In this document: in pieces, positions 18,001 through 32,399 of the stretch
How positions within the stretch are numbered: position 1 is the stretch's first letter
How the letters are laid out: each line of letters starts with the position of its first letter
Assembly (NCBI GenBank): GCA_964016885.1
Contig: OZ024740.1
Location: forward strand, 419,740,001-419,804,000
Length of the DNA: 64,000 bases
Source of the DNA: Eledone cirrhosa
Lineage: Eukaryota
Reading direction: 5' to 3'
Position numbers and translations under genes: made by a program
The notes under the pieces: model-generated
What the model saw: only the letters and a program-made list of their open reading frames with translations
The model's database searches: none
What the model was told of the DNA's origin: nothing

Positions 18001-21000
18001 TCTCACCTATCTCTATTACATGACATCTTCCAGCCCCATTAACCTTTCTTACCTATCTCTATTACATGACATCTACCAGCCCCATTAACCTTCCTCACCT
18101 ATCTCTATTACATGACATCTACCAGCCCCATTAACCTTCCTCACCTATCTCTATTACATGACATCTACCAGCCCAATTAACCTTTCTCACCTATCTTTAT
18201 TACATGACATCTACCAGCCCCATTAACCTTCCTCACCTATCTCTATTACATGACATCTACCAGCCCCATTAACCTTCCTCACCTATCTCTATTACATGAC
18301 ATCTACCAGCCCCATTAACCTTCCTCACCTATCTCTATTATATGACATCTACCAGCCCCATTAACCTTTCTCACCTATCTCTATTACATGATATCTACCA
18401 GCCCCATTAACCTTTCTCACCTATCTCTATTACATGACATCTACCAGCCCCATTAACCTTCCTCACCTATCTCTATTACATGACATCTACCAGCCCCATT
18501 AACCTTTCTCACCTATCTTTATTACATGACATCTACCAGCCCCATTAACCTTCCTCACCTATCTCTATTACATGACATCTACCAGCCCCATTAACCTTCC
18601 TCACCTATCTCTATTACATGACATCTACCAGCCCCATTAACCTTTCTTACCTATCTCTATTACATGACATCTACCAGCCCCATTAACCTTCCTCACCTAT
18701 CTCTATTATATGACATCTACCAGCCCCATTAACCTTTCTTACCTATCTCTATGACATGACATCTACCAGCCCCATTAACCTTCCTCACCTATCTCTATTA
18801 CATTGACATCTACCTGCCCCATTAACCTTTCTCACCTATCTCTATTACATGACATCTACCAGCCCCATTAACCTTCCTCACCTATCTCTATTACATGACA
18901 CCTACCAGCCCCATTAACCTTCCTCACCTATCTCTATTACATGACATCTACCAGCCCCATTAACCTTTCTCACCTATCTCTATTACATGACATCTACCAG
19001 CCCCATTAACCTTTCTCACCTATCTTTATTACATGACATCTACCAGCCCCATTAACCTTCCTCACCTATCTCTATTACATGACATCTACCAGCCCCATTA
19101 ACCTTTCTTACCTATCTCTATTACATGACATCTTCCAGCCCCATTAACCTTTCTTACCTATCTCTATTACATGACATCTACCAGCCCCATTAACCATCCT
19201 CACCTATCTCTATTACATGACATCTACCAGCCCCATTAACCTTCCTCACCTATCTCTATTACATGACATCTACCAGCCCAATTAACCTTTCTCACCTATC
19301 TTTATTACATGACATCTACCAGCCCCATTAACCTTCCTCACCTATCTCTATTACATGACATCTACCAGCCCCATTAACCTTCCTCACCTATCTCTATTAC
19401 ATGACATCTACCAGCCCCATTAACCTTTCTCACCTATCTCTATTACATGATATCTACCAGCCCCATTAACCTTTCTCACCTATCTCTATTACATGACATC
19501 TACCAGCCCCATTAACCTTCCTCACCTATCTCTATTACATGACATCTACCAGCCCCATTAACCTTTCTCACATATCTTTATTACATGACATCTACCAGCC
19601 CCATTAACCTTCCTCACCTATCTCTATTACATGACATCTACCAGCCCCATTAACCTTCCTCACCTATCTCTATTACATGACATCTACCAGCCCCATTAAC
19701 CTTTCTTACCTATCTCTATTACATGACATCTACCAGCCCCATTAACCTACCTCACCTATCTCTATTATATGACATCTACCAGCCCCATTAACCTTTCTTA
19801 CCTATCTCTATGACATGACATCTACCAGCCCCATTAACCTTCCTCACCTATCTCTATTACATTGACATCTACCTGCCCCATTAACCTTTCTCACATATCT
19901 CTATTACATGACATCTACCAGCCCCATTAACCTTCCTCACCTATCTCTATTACATGACACCTACCAGCCCCATTAACCTTCCTCACCTATCTCTATTACA
20001 TGACATCTACCAGCCCCATTAACCTTTCTCACCTATCTCTATTACATGACATCTACCAGCCCCATTAACCTTTCTCACCTATCTTTATTACATGACATCT
20101 ACCAGCCCCATTAACCTTCCTCACCTATCTCTATTACATGACATCTACCAGCCCCATTAACCTTTCTCACCTATCTCTATTACACGACATCTACCAGCCC
20201 CATTAACCTTTCTCACCTATCTCTATTACATGACATCTACCAGCCCCATTAACCTTTCTCACCTATCTCTATTACACGACATCTACCAGCCCCATTAACC
20301 TTTCTCACCTATCTCTATTACACGACATCTACCAGCCCCATTAACCTTTCTCACCTATCTCTATTACATGTGATCTACCAGCCCCATTAACCCTTCTCAC
20401 CTATCTCTATTACATGACATCTACCAGCCCCATTAACCTTCCTCACCTATCTCTATTACATGACATCTACCAGCCCCATTAACCTTTCTGACCTATCTCT
20501 ATTACATGACATCTACCAGCCCCATTAACCTTCCTCACCTATCTCTATTACATGACATCTACCAGCCCCATTAACCTTCCTCACCTATCTCTATTACATG
20601 ACATCTACCAGCCCCATTAACCTTCCTCACCTATCTCTATTACATGTCATCTACCATCCCCATTAACCTTTCTCACCTATCTCTATTACATGACATCTAC
20701 CAGCCCCATTAACCTTCCTCACCTATCTCTATTACATGACATCTACCAGCCCCATTAACCTTTCTGACCTATCTCTATTACATGACATCTACCAGCCCCA
20801 TTAACCTTCCTCACCTATCTCTATTACATGACATCTACCAGCCCCATTAACCTTTCTCACCTATCTTTATTACATGACATCTACCAGCCCCATTAACCTT
20901 TCTCACCTATCTTTATTACATGACATCTACCAGCCCCATTAACCTTCCTCACCTATCTCTATTACATGACATCTACCAGCCCCATTAACCTTCCTCACCT

Positions 21001-23862
21001 ATCTCTATTACATGACATCTACCATCCCCATTAACCTTTCTCACCTATCTTTATTACATGACATCTACCAGCCCCATTAACCTTCCTCACCTATCTCTAT
21101 TACATGACATCTACCAGCCCCATTAACCTTCCTCACCTATCTCTATTACATGACATCTACGAGCCCCATTAACCTTCCTCACCTATCTCTATTACATGAC
21201 ATCTACCCGCCCCATTAACCTTCCTCACCTATCTCTATTACATGACATCTACCAGCCCCATTAACCTTTCTCACCTATCTCTATTACATGACATCTACCA
21301 GCCCCATTAACCTTTCTCACCTATCTCTATTACATGACATCTAACAGCCCCATTAACCTTCCTCACCTATCTCTATTACATGACATCTACCAGCCCCATT
21401 AACCTTTCTCACCTATCTTTATTACATGACATCTACCAGCCCCATTAACCTTCCTCACCTATCACTATTACATGACATCTACCAGCCCCATTAACCTTCC
21501 TCACCTATCTCTATTACATGACATCTACCAGCCCCATTAACCTTCCTCACCTATCTCTATTACATGACATCTACCAGCCCCATTAACCTTTCTTACCTAT
21601 CTCTATTACAGGACATCTACCAGCCCCATTAACCTTCCTCACCTATCTCTATTATATGACATCTACCAGCCCCATTAACCTTCCTCACCTATCTCTATTA
21701 CATGACATCTACCCGACCCATTAACCTTCCTCACCTATCTCTATTACATGACATCTACCAGCCCCATTAACCTTTCTCACCTATCTCTATTACATGACAT
21801 CTACCAGCCCCATTAACCTTTCTCACCTATCTTTATTACATGACATCTACCAGCCCCATTAACCTTCCTCACCTATCTCTATTACATGACATCTACCAGC
21901 CCCATTAACCCTTCTCACCTATCTTTATTACATGACGTCTACCACCCCCATTAACCCTTCTCACCTATCTTTATTACATGACATCTACCAGCCCCAATTA
22001 ACCTTCCTCACCTATCTCTTTTATGACATCTACCAGCCCCATTAACCTTTCTTACCTATCTCTATTACATGACATCTACCAGCCCCATTAACCTTTCTCA
22101 ACTATCTCTATTACATGCCATCTACCAGCCCCATTAACCTTCATAACCTATCTCTATTACATGACATGTACCAGCCCCATTAACCTTCCTCACCTATCTC
22201 TATTACAGGACATCTACCAGCCCCATTAACCTTCCTCACCTATCTCTATTACATGACATCTACCAGCCCCATTAACCTTCCTCACCTATCTCTATTACAT
22301 GATATCTACCAGCCCCATTAACCTTTCTCACCTATCTCTATTACATGACATCTACCAGCCCCATTAACCTTTTTCACCTATCTCTATTACATGACATCTA
22401 CCAGCCCCATTAACCTTCCTCACCTATCTTTATTACATGACATCTACCGGCCCCATTAACCTTCCTCACCTATCCCTATTACATGACATCTACCAGCCCC
22501 ATTAACCTTTCTCACCTATCTCTATTACATGACATCTACCAGCCCCTGTAACCTTTCTCACCTATCTTTATTACATGACATCTACCAGCCCCATTAACCT
22601 TCCTCACCTATCTCTATTACATGACATCTACCAGCCCCATTAACCTTTCTCACCTATCTCTATTACATGACATCTACCAGCCCCATTAACCTTTCTCACC
22701 TATCTTTATTACATGACATCTACCAGCCCCATTAACCTTCCTCACCTATCTCTATTACATGACATCTACCAGCTCCATTAACCTTTCTCACCTATCTCTA
22801 TTACATGACATCTACCAGCCCCATTAACCTTTCTCACCTATCTCTATTACATGACATCTACCAGCCCCATTAACCTTTCTCACCTATCTCTATTACATGA
22901 CATCTACCAGCCCCATTAACCTTCATCACCTATCTCTATTACATGTCATCTACCATCCCCATTAACCTTTCTCACCTATCTCTATTACATGACATCTACC
23001 AGCCCCATTAACCTTCCTCACCTATCTCTATTACATGATATCTACCAGCCCCATTAACCTTCCTCACCTATCTCTATTACATGACATCTACCAGCCCCAT
23101 TAACCTTCCTCACCTATCTCTATTACATGACATCTACCAGCCCCATTAACCTTTCTCACCTATCTCTATTAAATGACATCTACCAGCCCCATTAACCTTC
23201 CTCACCTATCTCTATTACATGACATCTACCAGCCCCATTAACCTTTCTCACCTATCTCTATTACATGACATCTACCAGCCCCATTAACTTTTCTCACCTA
23301 TCTCTATTACATGACATCTACCATCCCCATTAACCTTTCTCACCTATCTCTATTAAATGACATCTACCAGCTCCATTAACCTTCCTCGCCTATCTCTATT
23401 ACATGACATCTACCAGCCCCATTAACCTTCTTCACCTATCTCTATTACATGACATCTACCAGCCCCATTAACCTTTCTCACCTATCTTTATTACATGACA
23501 TCTACTAGCCCCATTAACCTTCCTCACCTATCTCTATTACATGACATCTACCAGCCCCATTAACCTTTCTCACCTATCTTTATTACATGACATCTACCAG
23601 CCCCATTAACCTTTCTCACCTATCTCTATTACATGACATCTAACAGCCCCATTAACCTTCCTCACCTATCTTTATTACAAGACATCTACCAGCCCCATTA
23701 ACCTTTCTCACCTATCTATATTACATGACATCTACCACCCCCATTAACCTTTCTCACCTATCTCTATTACATGACATCTACCAGCCCCATTAACCTTTCT
23801 CACCTATCTCTATTATATGACATCTACCAGCCCCATTAACCTTTCTCACCTATCACTATTAC
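1..23862. repeat. 46-bp satellite, about 518 copies, running off the window start; unit taacctt(c/t)ctcacctatct(c/t)tattacatgacatctaccagccccat
   Basis: Unit starts at 1, 47, 93 and so on; uninterrupted head-to-tail array with point variants and rare 1-2 bp indels; ends at tatcactattac (23862). Confidence 0.99.
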
Positions 23863-23976
23863 TCACACCTGGCTTTATTGCTATCACATCACAATCCCAA
23901 TGCTGTTTTCTATTATCTTTCTTTACAAACAACCAGTTGCTGTCAATGTATTTCTTCCAATTACTCCCTCCTCTAT

Positions 23977-24136
23977 GAGGTGCATGGCTTAGTGGTTAGA
24001 GCATTGGGCTTGCAATCGAAAGGTTGTGAGTTCAATTCTCGGACTGGGTGATGTGTTGTTTCCTTGAGCAAGACACTTTATTTCACGTTGCTCCAGTTTA
24101 CTCAGCTGTAGAAATAAGATGATAGGGACTGGGGTC
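23977..24136 (+). mobile_element. tRNA-derived CORE-type SINE (head and core)
   Basis: A box tggcttagtgg and B box gagttcaattc, then ccttgagcaagacactttatttcacgttgctccagtttactcagctgtagaaat resembling the MIR/CORE domain; near-identical to 63718-63878. Confidence 0.85.
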
Positions 24137-24202
24137 TCTATCATTAAATTACCCAAGACACCTCCACCGAGGTATACCTTGGAGGAGGCCAGCTAAACCT
24201 GC

Positions 24203-24517
24203 ATAGGTGTGGGCTGTCACACACGCACACACATAGGTGTGGGCTGTCACACACACACATAGGTGTGGGCTGTCACACACACACATATAGGTGTGGGATG
24301 TCACACACACACACATATAGGTGTGGGATGTCACACACACACACATATAGGTGTGGGCTGTCACACACACACACACACATAGGTGTGAGCTCTCACACAC
24401 ACACACACATATATAGGTGTGGGCTGTCTCACACACACACACATAGGTGTGGGGTGTCACACACACACACACATTGGTGTGGGCTGTCACACACACACAC
24501 ATATAGGTGTGGGCTGT

Positions 24518-24548
<31 letters not shown>

Positions 24549-25199
24549 GTGTGGGCTGTCACACACACACACATAGGTGTGGGCTGTCACACACACACAC
24601 ACACATAGGTGTGGGCTGTCGCACACACACACACATAGGTGTGAGCTGTCACACACACACACACACATATAGGTGTGGGCTGTCACAGACACACACACAT
24701 AGGTGTGATGTGTCACACACACACACACATAGGTGTGAGCTATCACACACACACACACATATAGGTGTGAGCTGTCACACACACACATATAGGTGTGAGC
24801 TGTCACACACACACACATATAGGTGTGAGCTGTCACACACACACACACACACATAGGTGTGAGCTGTCACACACACACACACATAGGTGTGAGCTGTCAC
24901 ACACACACACACACACATAGGTGTGAGCTGTCACACACACACACTCATATAGGTGTGAGCTGTCACACACACACACATATAGGTGTGGGCTGTGACACAC
25001 ACACACACATAGGTGTGAGCTGTCACACACACACACATAGGTGTGAGCTGTCACACACACACACACACACACACACATAGGTGTGGGCTGTCACACACAC
25101 ACACACACACACACACATAGGTGTGAGCTGTCACACACACACACACACACACACACATAGGTGTGAGCTGTCACACACACACACATAGGTGTGAGCTGT

Positions 25200-25230
<31 letters not shown>

Positions 25231-28000
25231 GTGTGAGCTGTCACACACACACACACACACACACATATAGGTGTGGGCTGTCACACACACACACATAGGT
25301 GTGAGTTGTCACACACACACACATAGGTGTGAGCTGTCACACACACACACACACACACACACATAGGTGTGGGCTGTGACACACACACACATATAGGTGT
25401 GGGCTGTCACACACACACACACAGGTGTGAGCTGTCACACATACACACACATAGGTGTGAGCTGTCACACACGCACACACATAGGTGTGGGCTGTCACAC
25501 ACACACACATAGGTGTGGGCTGTCTCACACACACACATAGGTGTGGGCTGTCACACACACACACATAGGTGTGGGCTGTCACACACACACATATGTGTGA
25601 GCTGTCACACGCACACACATAGGTGTGAGCTGTCTCACACACACACACACACACATAGGTGTGAGCTGTCACACACACACACATAGGTGTGAGCTGTCAC
25701 ACACACACACACATAGGTGTGAGCTGTCACACATACACATATAGGTGTGAGCTGTCACACACACACACACATAGGTGTGGGCTGTCATACACACACACAC
25801 ATACACATAGGTGTGAGCTGTCACACACACACACATATAGGTGTGGGCTGTCACACACACACACATATAGGTGTGGGCTGTCACACACACACACATAGGT
25901 GTGGGCTGTCACACACACACACATAGGTGTGAGCTGTCACACACGCACACGCATAGGTGTGGGCTGTCACACACGCACACACATAGGTGTGGGCTGTCTC
26001 ACACACACACATAGGTGTGGGCTGTCTCACACACACACATAGGTGTGGGCTGTCACACACACACATGTGTGAGCTGTCACACACACACGTATAGGTGTGG
26101 GCTGTCACACACACACACATAGGTGTGGGCTGTCTCACACACACATAGGTGTGAGCTGTCACACACACACATAGGTGTGGGCTGTCACACACACACACAT
26201 ATAGGTGTGAGCTGTCACACACACACACATATAGGTGTGAGCTGTCACACACACACACATAGGTGTGAGCTGTCACACACACGCACACACATAGGTGTGG
26301 GCTGTCACACACACACATAGGTGTGGGCTGTCACACACACACACATATAGGTGTGAGCTGTCACACAAACACACATATAGGTGTGAGCTGTCACACACAC
26401 ACACATATAGGTGTGAGCTGTCACACACACACACACATAGGTGTGAGCTGTCACACACACACACATAGGTGTGAGCTGTCACACACACACACATAGGTGT
26501 GGGCTGTCACACACACACACATAGGTGTGGGCTGTCACACACACACACACATATAGGTGTGGGCTGTCACACACACACACACATAGGTGTGGGCTGTCTC
26601 ACACACACACATAGGTGTGGGCTGTCACACACACACACATAGGTGTGGGCTGTCACACACACACATATGTGTGAGCTGTCACACACACACACGTATAGGT
26701 GTGGGCTGTCACACACACACACATAGGTGTGGGCTGTCTCACACACACACATAGGTGTGAGCTGTCACACACACACACACATAGGTGTGGGCTGTCACAC
26801 ACACACACATATAGGTGTGAGCTGTCACACACACACACATATAGGTGTGAGCTGTCACACACACACACACATAGGTGTGAGCTGTCACACACGCACACAC
26901 ATAGGTGTGGGCTGTCACACACACACACATAGGTGTTTTTTTCACACACACACACACATAGGTGTGGGCTGTCACACACACACACATAGGTGTGGGCTGT
27001 CACACACACACACATATAGGTGTGAGCTGTCACACACACACACACATAGGTGTGAGCTGTCACACACGCACACACATAGGTGTGGGCTGTCACACACACA
27101 CACATAGGTGTTTTTTTCACACACACACACACATAGGTGTGGGCTGTCACACACACACACACATAGGTGTGGGCTGTCACACACACACACATATAGGTGT
27201 GAGCTGTCACACACACACACATATAGGTGTGAGCTGTCACACACACACACATAGGTGTGAGCTGTCACACACGCACACACATAGGTGTGGGCTGTCACAC
27301 ACACACACACATAGGTGTGAGCTGTCACACACACACACATAGGTGTAAGCTGTCACACACACACACATAGGTGTGGGCTGTCACACACACACACACATAT
27401 AGGTGTGGGCTGTCACACACACACACATAGGTGTGGGCTGTCTCACACACACACATAGGTGTGGGCTGTCACACACACACACATAGGTGTGGGCTGTCAC
27501 ACACACACACATAAGTGTGGGCTGTCACACACACACACATAGGTGTGGGCTGTCACACACACACATATGTGTGATCTGTCACACACACACGTATAGGTGT
27601 GGGCTGTCACACACACACACATAGGTGTGGGCTGTCTCACACACACACATAGGTGTGAGCTGTCACACACACACACACACACATAGGTGTGGGCTGTCAC
27701 ACACATATAGGTGTGAGCTGTCACACACACACACATATAGGTGTGAGCTGTCACACACACACACACATAGGTGTGAGCTGTCACACACGCACACACATAG
27801 GTGTGGGCTGTCACACACACACACACATAGCTGTGAGCTGTCACACACACACACACATAGGTGTGGGTTGTCACACACACACATAGGTGTGAGCTGTCAC
27901 ACACACACACACATATAGGTGTGGGCTGTCACACACGCACACACATAGGTGTGGGCTGTCACACACACACACACATAGGTGTGGGCTGTCACACACACAC
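24203..28000. repeat. Compound minisatellite: (CA)n interleaved with taggtgtg(g/a)gctgt, units about 26-45 bp
   Basis: Directly visible; it produces all the HTHT/CVCV ORFs in the track. Confidence 0.98.
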
Positions 28001-28035
28001 TATGATCCTGTCACTTTGTCTCTCTATCACACTCT

Positions 28036-28309
28036 TGTACACACTGTAAAGTGGTTGATGATAGGAAAGGCATCCAAACTGGCTAAACAAAGGGTTAGCA
28101 GGACCCTCCAGTTGTGTCAAATATATGTGCTGGTGCCACAATAAGATACACTTGGTAAAACATGAAACCCTATATAAGTGATATGTAACCCCCCACTCAT
28201 GGTCTGTCTGGGAGGTCAGTAGCTCTGTTCTAGTACTGACTTGGTCTGTGAAGACCAGTCCAACCCTTGCTAGCAAGGAAAGTCGACATTAAATGATGAT
28301 GATGATGAT
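28036..28309 (+). mobile_element. Non-autonomous RTE-tailed element (3' part)
   Basis: aaagtggttg..taggaaaggcatcc motif and RTE-like end ccaacccttgctagcaaggaaagtcgacattaaatgatgatgatg; homologous to 62985-63270 (-). Confidence 0.75.
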
Positions 28310-28429
28310 TCCATGACCAGTTTGTCAACAGAACTATTTAAATAATAACAAGAATAACAAGCATCTTTCATTTATAAGCTGTTATGATTGAAAGAAGAGT
28401 AAATTAAAGAAACATTAGATATTTTGTAA

Positions 28430-28940
28430 ATGTATTTCTAATGAAATACACTCTACTTCAATTAATTAATGAAAAAGTTGGAGATTTACAAACATTTTTA
28501 ATTATTTCATTATTAAGATAATAATTTAACATGCACATGTTAGTGGAGAATAGACATTAAACGATGATGATAGTTCATATATCAAATTATATTGGAAGAT
28601 TATAATTTAAAGAGGAACCCTTTAACATGTGGTTAGAATGTCTCGGGAAAGAATCACTGGACAGATTTTATGGGTAAAACCAACCAGCAGGGGACCCAGA
28701 GGTAACCCCCAAGCAAAATGGTCAGATAACATCCATGTGCTTGCCTGGTCATGCTTGGGGATCCAACCGGTCCAGTTGGAGATGATTGCTTCTGACACGA
28801 CCTGCTGGAAGGAGTGTTTGAGGACTCTGCCCCCACAACCCTCTCAGGAATAAGTGGGCAAAAAAGAGACCCTTTAAAATGGATGATTTTATTTCATAGA
28901 ATCAGAGCCAGTTTTCGCTGGGTTAGTAACGAAAGGTTTA
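28430..28940. mobile_element. Degenerate piggyBac-like MITE interrupted by an RTE fragment
   Basis: Both halves align by eye with the intact MITE at 59457-59696 (atttctaatg-aatacac; ttttatttcatagaa-cagagcc-gtttt-gctgggtt-gtaac-aaagg-ttaa). Confidence 0.7.
28627..28863 (+). mobile_element. 5'-truncated RTE-clade LINE (Rex3/Expander-like C-terminus)
   Basis: VRMSRERITGQILWVKPTSRGPRGNPQAKWSDNIHVLAWSCLGI...WKECLRTLPPQP matches the RTE C-terminal pattern; flanked by an imperfect TSD aagag(g)a(a)ccctttaa. Confidence 0.8.
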
Positions 28941-29316
28941 AATATTCCTACATAATGTATTAACCAGAAGCAAAATTAAATATTTACAACATCACTTTCA
29001 ATAGTTTTATATCTATTTTTCTATCTGATTTTCCTTTCACATTGGTAGATGTCTTGGTCAATACATGCAATAATCTAATATAAAGTAGGAGAAATAGAAA
29101 TGGCAGTTCCATTAATCATTTGTTGACAGAAGCTAAGGAATATAAAGTCTAGGGATTAATCTGAATTAAGAAATGTTTCATAGAAAATAAATAGGCCCAG
29201 AATAAATGAGATATGTTGGAGAGAATAAATCTGTATGCACAATACAGAATTTATTAGAAAATCTAACATAAATTTAATGTAGGTTTAACTAGAATTTGTA
29301 AAGTGACAATTGACTG

Positions 29317-29465
29317 AGGCAGTAGATCATTGGATTAATTTCTTTGGGGTATTTGTTTCAGCTTTCTCTGTTCTCTGAGTTCAGATCCCACCGAATTAAA
29401 CCTTGCCTTTCACTCTTTTAAGATCAATAAAAAAAAAAGTAACAGTCCCCAATTCTGGGTCAATT
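29317..29465 (+). mobile_element. Degenerate Meta-type SINE
   Basis: tctgagttcagatcccaccgaattaaaccttgcctttcactc resembles the copy at 34195-34385. Confidence 0.6.
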
Positions 29466-29744
29466 CTTCCTCTGTAGCTCATTCTCCCTCTCTTTCTGGA
29501 AGGTTCCACTAAAGGGTCCTAGACTCACAACGGTAGTGCTCCTATGATTCCATCAGGAAATAAGGGTCCATACATATCTACAATTTATAAACCTCGCCTT
29601 GAAAACATACCATATATAATTTTGTATATAAGCTGAGAAATATATGACAAAAAAAGTGATGGTAAAATGGGATGAGGAGCTTATATTCAAGTTCAATATT
29701 TTCACCAACTTCAAAATTCTACATAAATGAGGTGCTAAAATATT

Positions 29745-31087
29745 TTCACTTTGGAGGTGAATATTACACTGGTTTCACTTTGGAGGTGAATATTACACTG
29801 GTTTCACTTTGGAGGTGAATATTACACCAGTTTCACTTTGGAGGTGAATATGACACTGGTTTCACTTTGGAGGTGAATATTACACCTGTTTCACTTTGGA
29901 GGTGAATATTACACCAGTTTCACTTTGGAGGTGAATATGACACTGGTTTCACTTTGGAGGTGAATATTACACCTGTTTCATTTTGGAGGTGAATATTACA
30001 CCAGTTTCACTTTGGAGTTGAATATGACACTGGTTTCACTTTGGAGGTGAATATTACACCTGTTTCACTTTGGAGGTGAATATTACACCAGTTTCACTTT
30101 GGAGGTGAATATTACACCTGTTTCATTTTGGAGGTGAATATTACACTGGTTTCACTTTGGAGGTGAATATGACACTCGTTTCACTTTGGAGGTGAATATT
30201 ACACCAGTTTCACTTTGGAGTTGAATATTAAACCAGTTTCACTTTGGAGTTGAATATTAAACCAGTTTCACTTTGGAGGTGAATATTAAACCAGTTTCAC
30301 TTTGGAGTTGAATATTACACCTGTTTCACTTTGGAGGTGAATATTAAACCAGTTTCACTTTGGAGTTGAATATTAAACCAGTTTCACTTTGGAGGTGAAT
30401 ATTACACCTGTTTCACTTTGGAGGTGAATATTAAACCAGTTTCACTTTGGAGGTGAATATTACACCTGTTTCACTTTGGAGGTGAATATTACACCTGTTT
30501 CACTTTGGAGGTGAATATTAAACCAGTTTCACTTTGGAGGTGAATATTACACCAGTTTCACTTTGGAGGTGAATATTACACCTGTTTCACTTTGGAGGTG
30601 AATATTACACCAGTTTCACTTTGGAGGTGAATATTACACCTGTTTCACTTTGGAGGTGAATATTACACCAGTTTCACTTTGGAGGTGAATATTACACCTG
30701 TTTCACTTTGGAGGTGAATATTACACCAGTTTCACTTTGGAGGTGAATATTACACCTGTTTCACTTTGGAGTTGAATATTACACCAGTTTCACTTTGGAG
30801 GTGAATATTACACCAGTTTCACTTTGGAGGTGAATATTACACCTGTTTCACTTTGGAGGTGAATATTACACCTGTTTCACTTTGGAGGTGAATATTACAC
30901 CAGTTTCACTTTGGAGGTGAATATTACACCTGTTTCACTTTGGAGGTGAATATTACACCAGTTTCACTTTGGAGGTGAATATTACACCTGTTTCACTTTG
31001 GAGGTGAATATTACACCAGTTTCACTTTGGAGGTGAATATTACACCTGTTTCACTTTGGAGGTGAATATTACACCTGCTTCACTTTT
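29745..31087. repeat. 29-bp tandem array (about 46 units, ttcactttggaggtgaatattacacc(t/a)gt) inside a dispersed element spanning about 29615-31185
   Basis: Tandem units visible; both flanks are homologous to the flanks of the array at 45609-46517. Confidence 0.95.
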
Positions 31088-31243
31088 GACATGAAATTTG
31101 TATTTTCTATTTTTTTAATTTTTATGTTTTGAATTAATATGGCCTTAAAAATGGTCAGAAATTGGTATAACATCATTACATAACTGTTGCATTGTGATCA
31201 GAGACATAACTCCGGTATGGCAAGCATGGCACATGTCATGGAC

Positions 31244-31645
31244 GCCACTTAGACAAAGAGCACTTTCTATTAAAGTCAGATAAGTTATCAAAGAGTTAAA
31301 AAAGAAACTTGTCCAGATGTATGATCTGTCTTTGATTATCATGGATGAGAAGCACCATGGTAGCTGGATTATGAAACCATTTATATAGATTATTAGGTCC
31401 ATAGTTAAAAATACAGGGCTGGGAACTACACTACATGACAACTTAGGCATACCTTAAGGGAGTGCCACTTAGACTAGAAACACTTTCTATTACACTCAGA
31501 TAAGTTATTGTCGGAGAGGGAAAAAAAGAAACTTCTTCAGATATAAATCTGCCTTTGATTATCATGAGTGAGAACATTATGGTGGCTGGATCATTAAAAC
31601 ATTTATATAGATTATTAGGCCAATAGTTAAAACAGTGTGGGGCAG
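31244..31645. repeat. Diverged tandem duplication, period about 220 bp
   Basis: gccacttagac...cactttctatta...cagataagttat...catttatatagattattagg-c-atagttaaaa starts at both 31244 and 31464. Confidence 0.85.
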
Positions 31646-32029
31646 GGGTGCAATTTAACTGGTTGCCATTGGCACTATTTTCCCTAGTTATGCCTCTGCA
31701 CTTATTGTACAGCTACTGGTTTACTGGTTTCACAACCATTAATTCATGCCATATCTTTGATCATTGGCCCTTCTCCAACTTGTATGTTCTTCCCTGTAAT
31801 CTAACATTCTACAAGATTCATTTTATTGACTTTAGATGTAAACACAACAACACTGTATTATAATAAAACATGATACAGACAAACCTTTGGTGGATTACAC
31901 ATGTTTATCGATAATTTCAGAATTGATTTTATATTGGATCTGTTATAATAGAGATAATATCAATTTTTATATTTTATTAAATCTATAGTTCACCATAAAA
32001 TAAAGTGATAGTGAAATAATTATTATATA

Positions 32030-32075
<46 letters not shown>

Positions 32076-32399
32076 ATGTGTATCTTGTTTAATAGTTACA
32101 GCGAGGAACCATTCTTAAGGTCCTAAGATAATTTTTGAAATAAACTTTTAAAGCTGTGGTATATAATTTAATAAAAAGAAAGGCAATAAAACAAAACATC
32201 TATTTGAAAGAATGTTATAAATGAAGAATTAATATGAAGATTGAAATGCTTTCCTAAACAATCTTTTATTAGACTGATTACATATTTTCCATTTATAGCT
32301 TCTCATATATATATGCCACCACTTTTTGCAACACTTTTACAATCAATACTCTACCCCAGTTCTGTCTGCCTGCTACCTTACCCACCCACTCTATATAAC

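Noticed and set aside
23977-24050. tRNA gene (also 63718-63790)
   Set aside because: A and B boxes run into a SINE core, with no proper acceptor stem or terminator.
24149-28049. Many His/Thr and Cys/Val-rich ORFs
   Set aside because: They are translations of the (CA)n minisatellite in all frames.
29745-31087. CRISPR-like palindromic 29-bp repeats (also 45609-46517 and 51172-52247)
   Set aside because: Units are contiguous with no unique spacers, there are no cas genes, and the context is eukaryotic.
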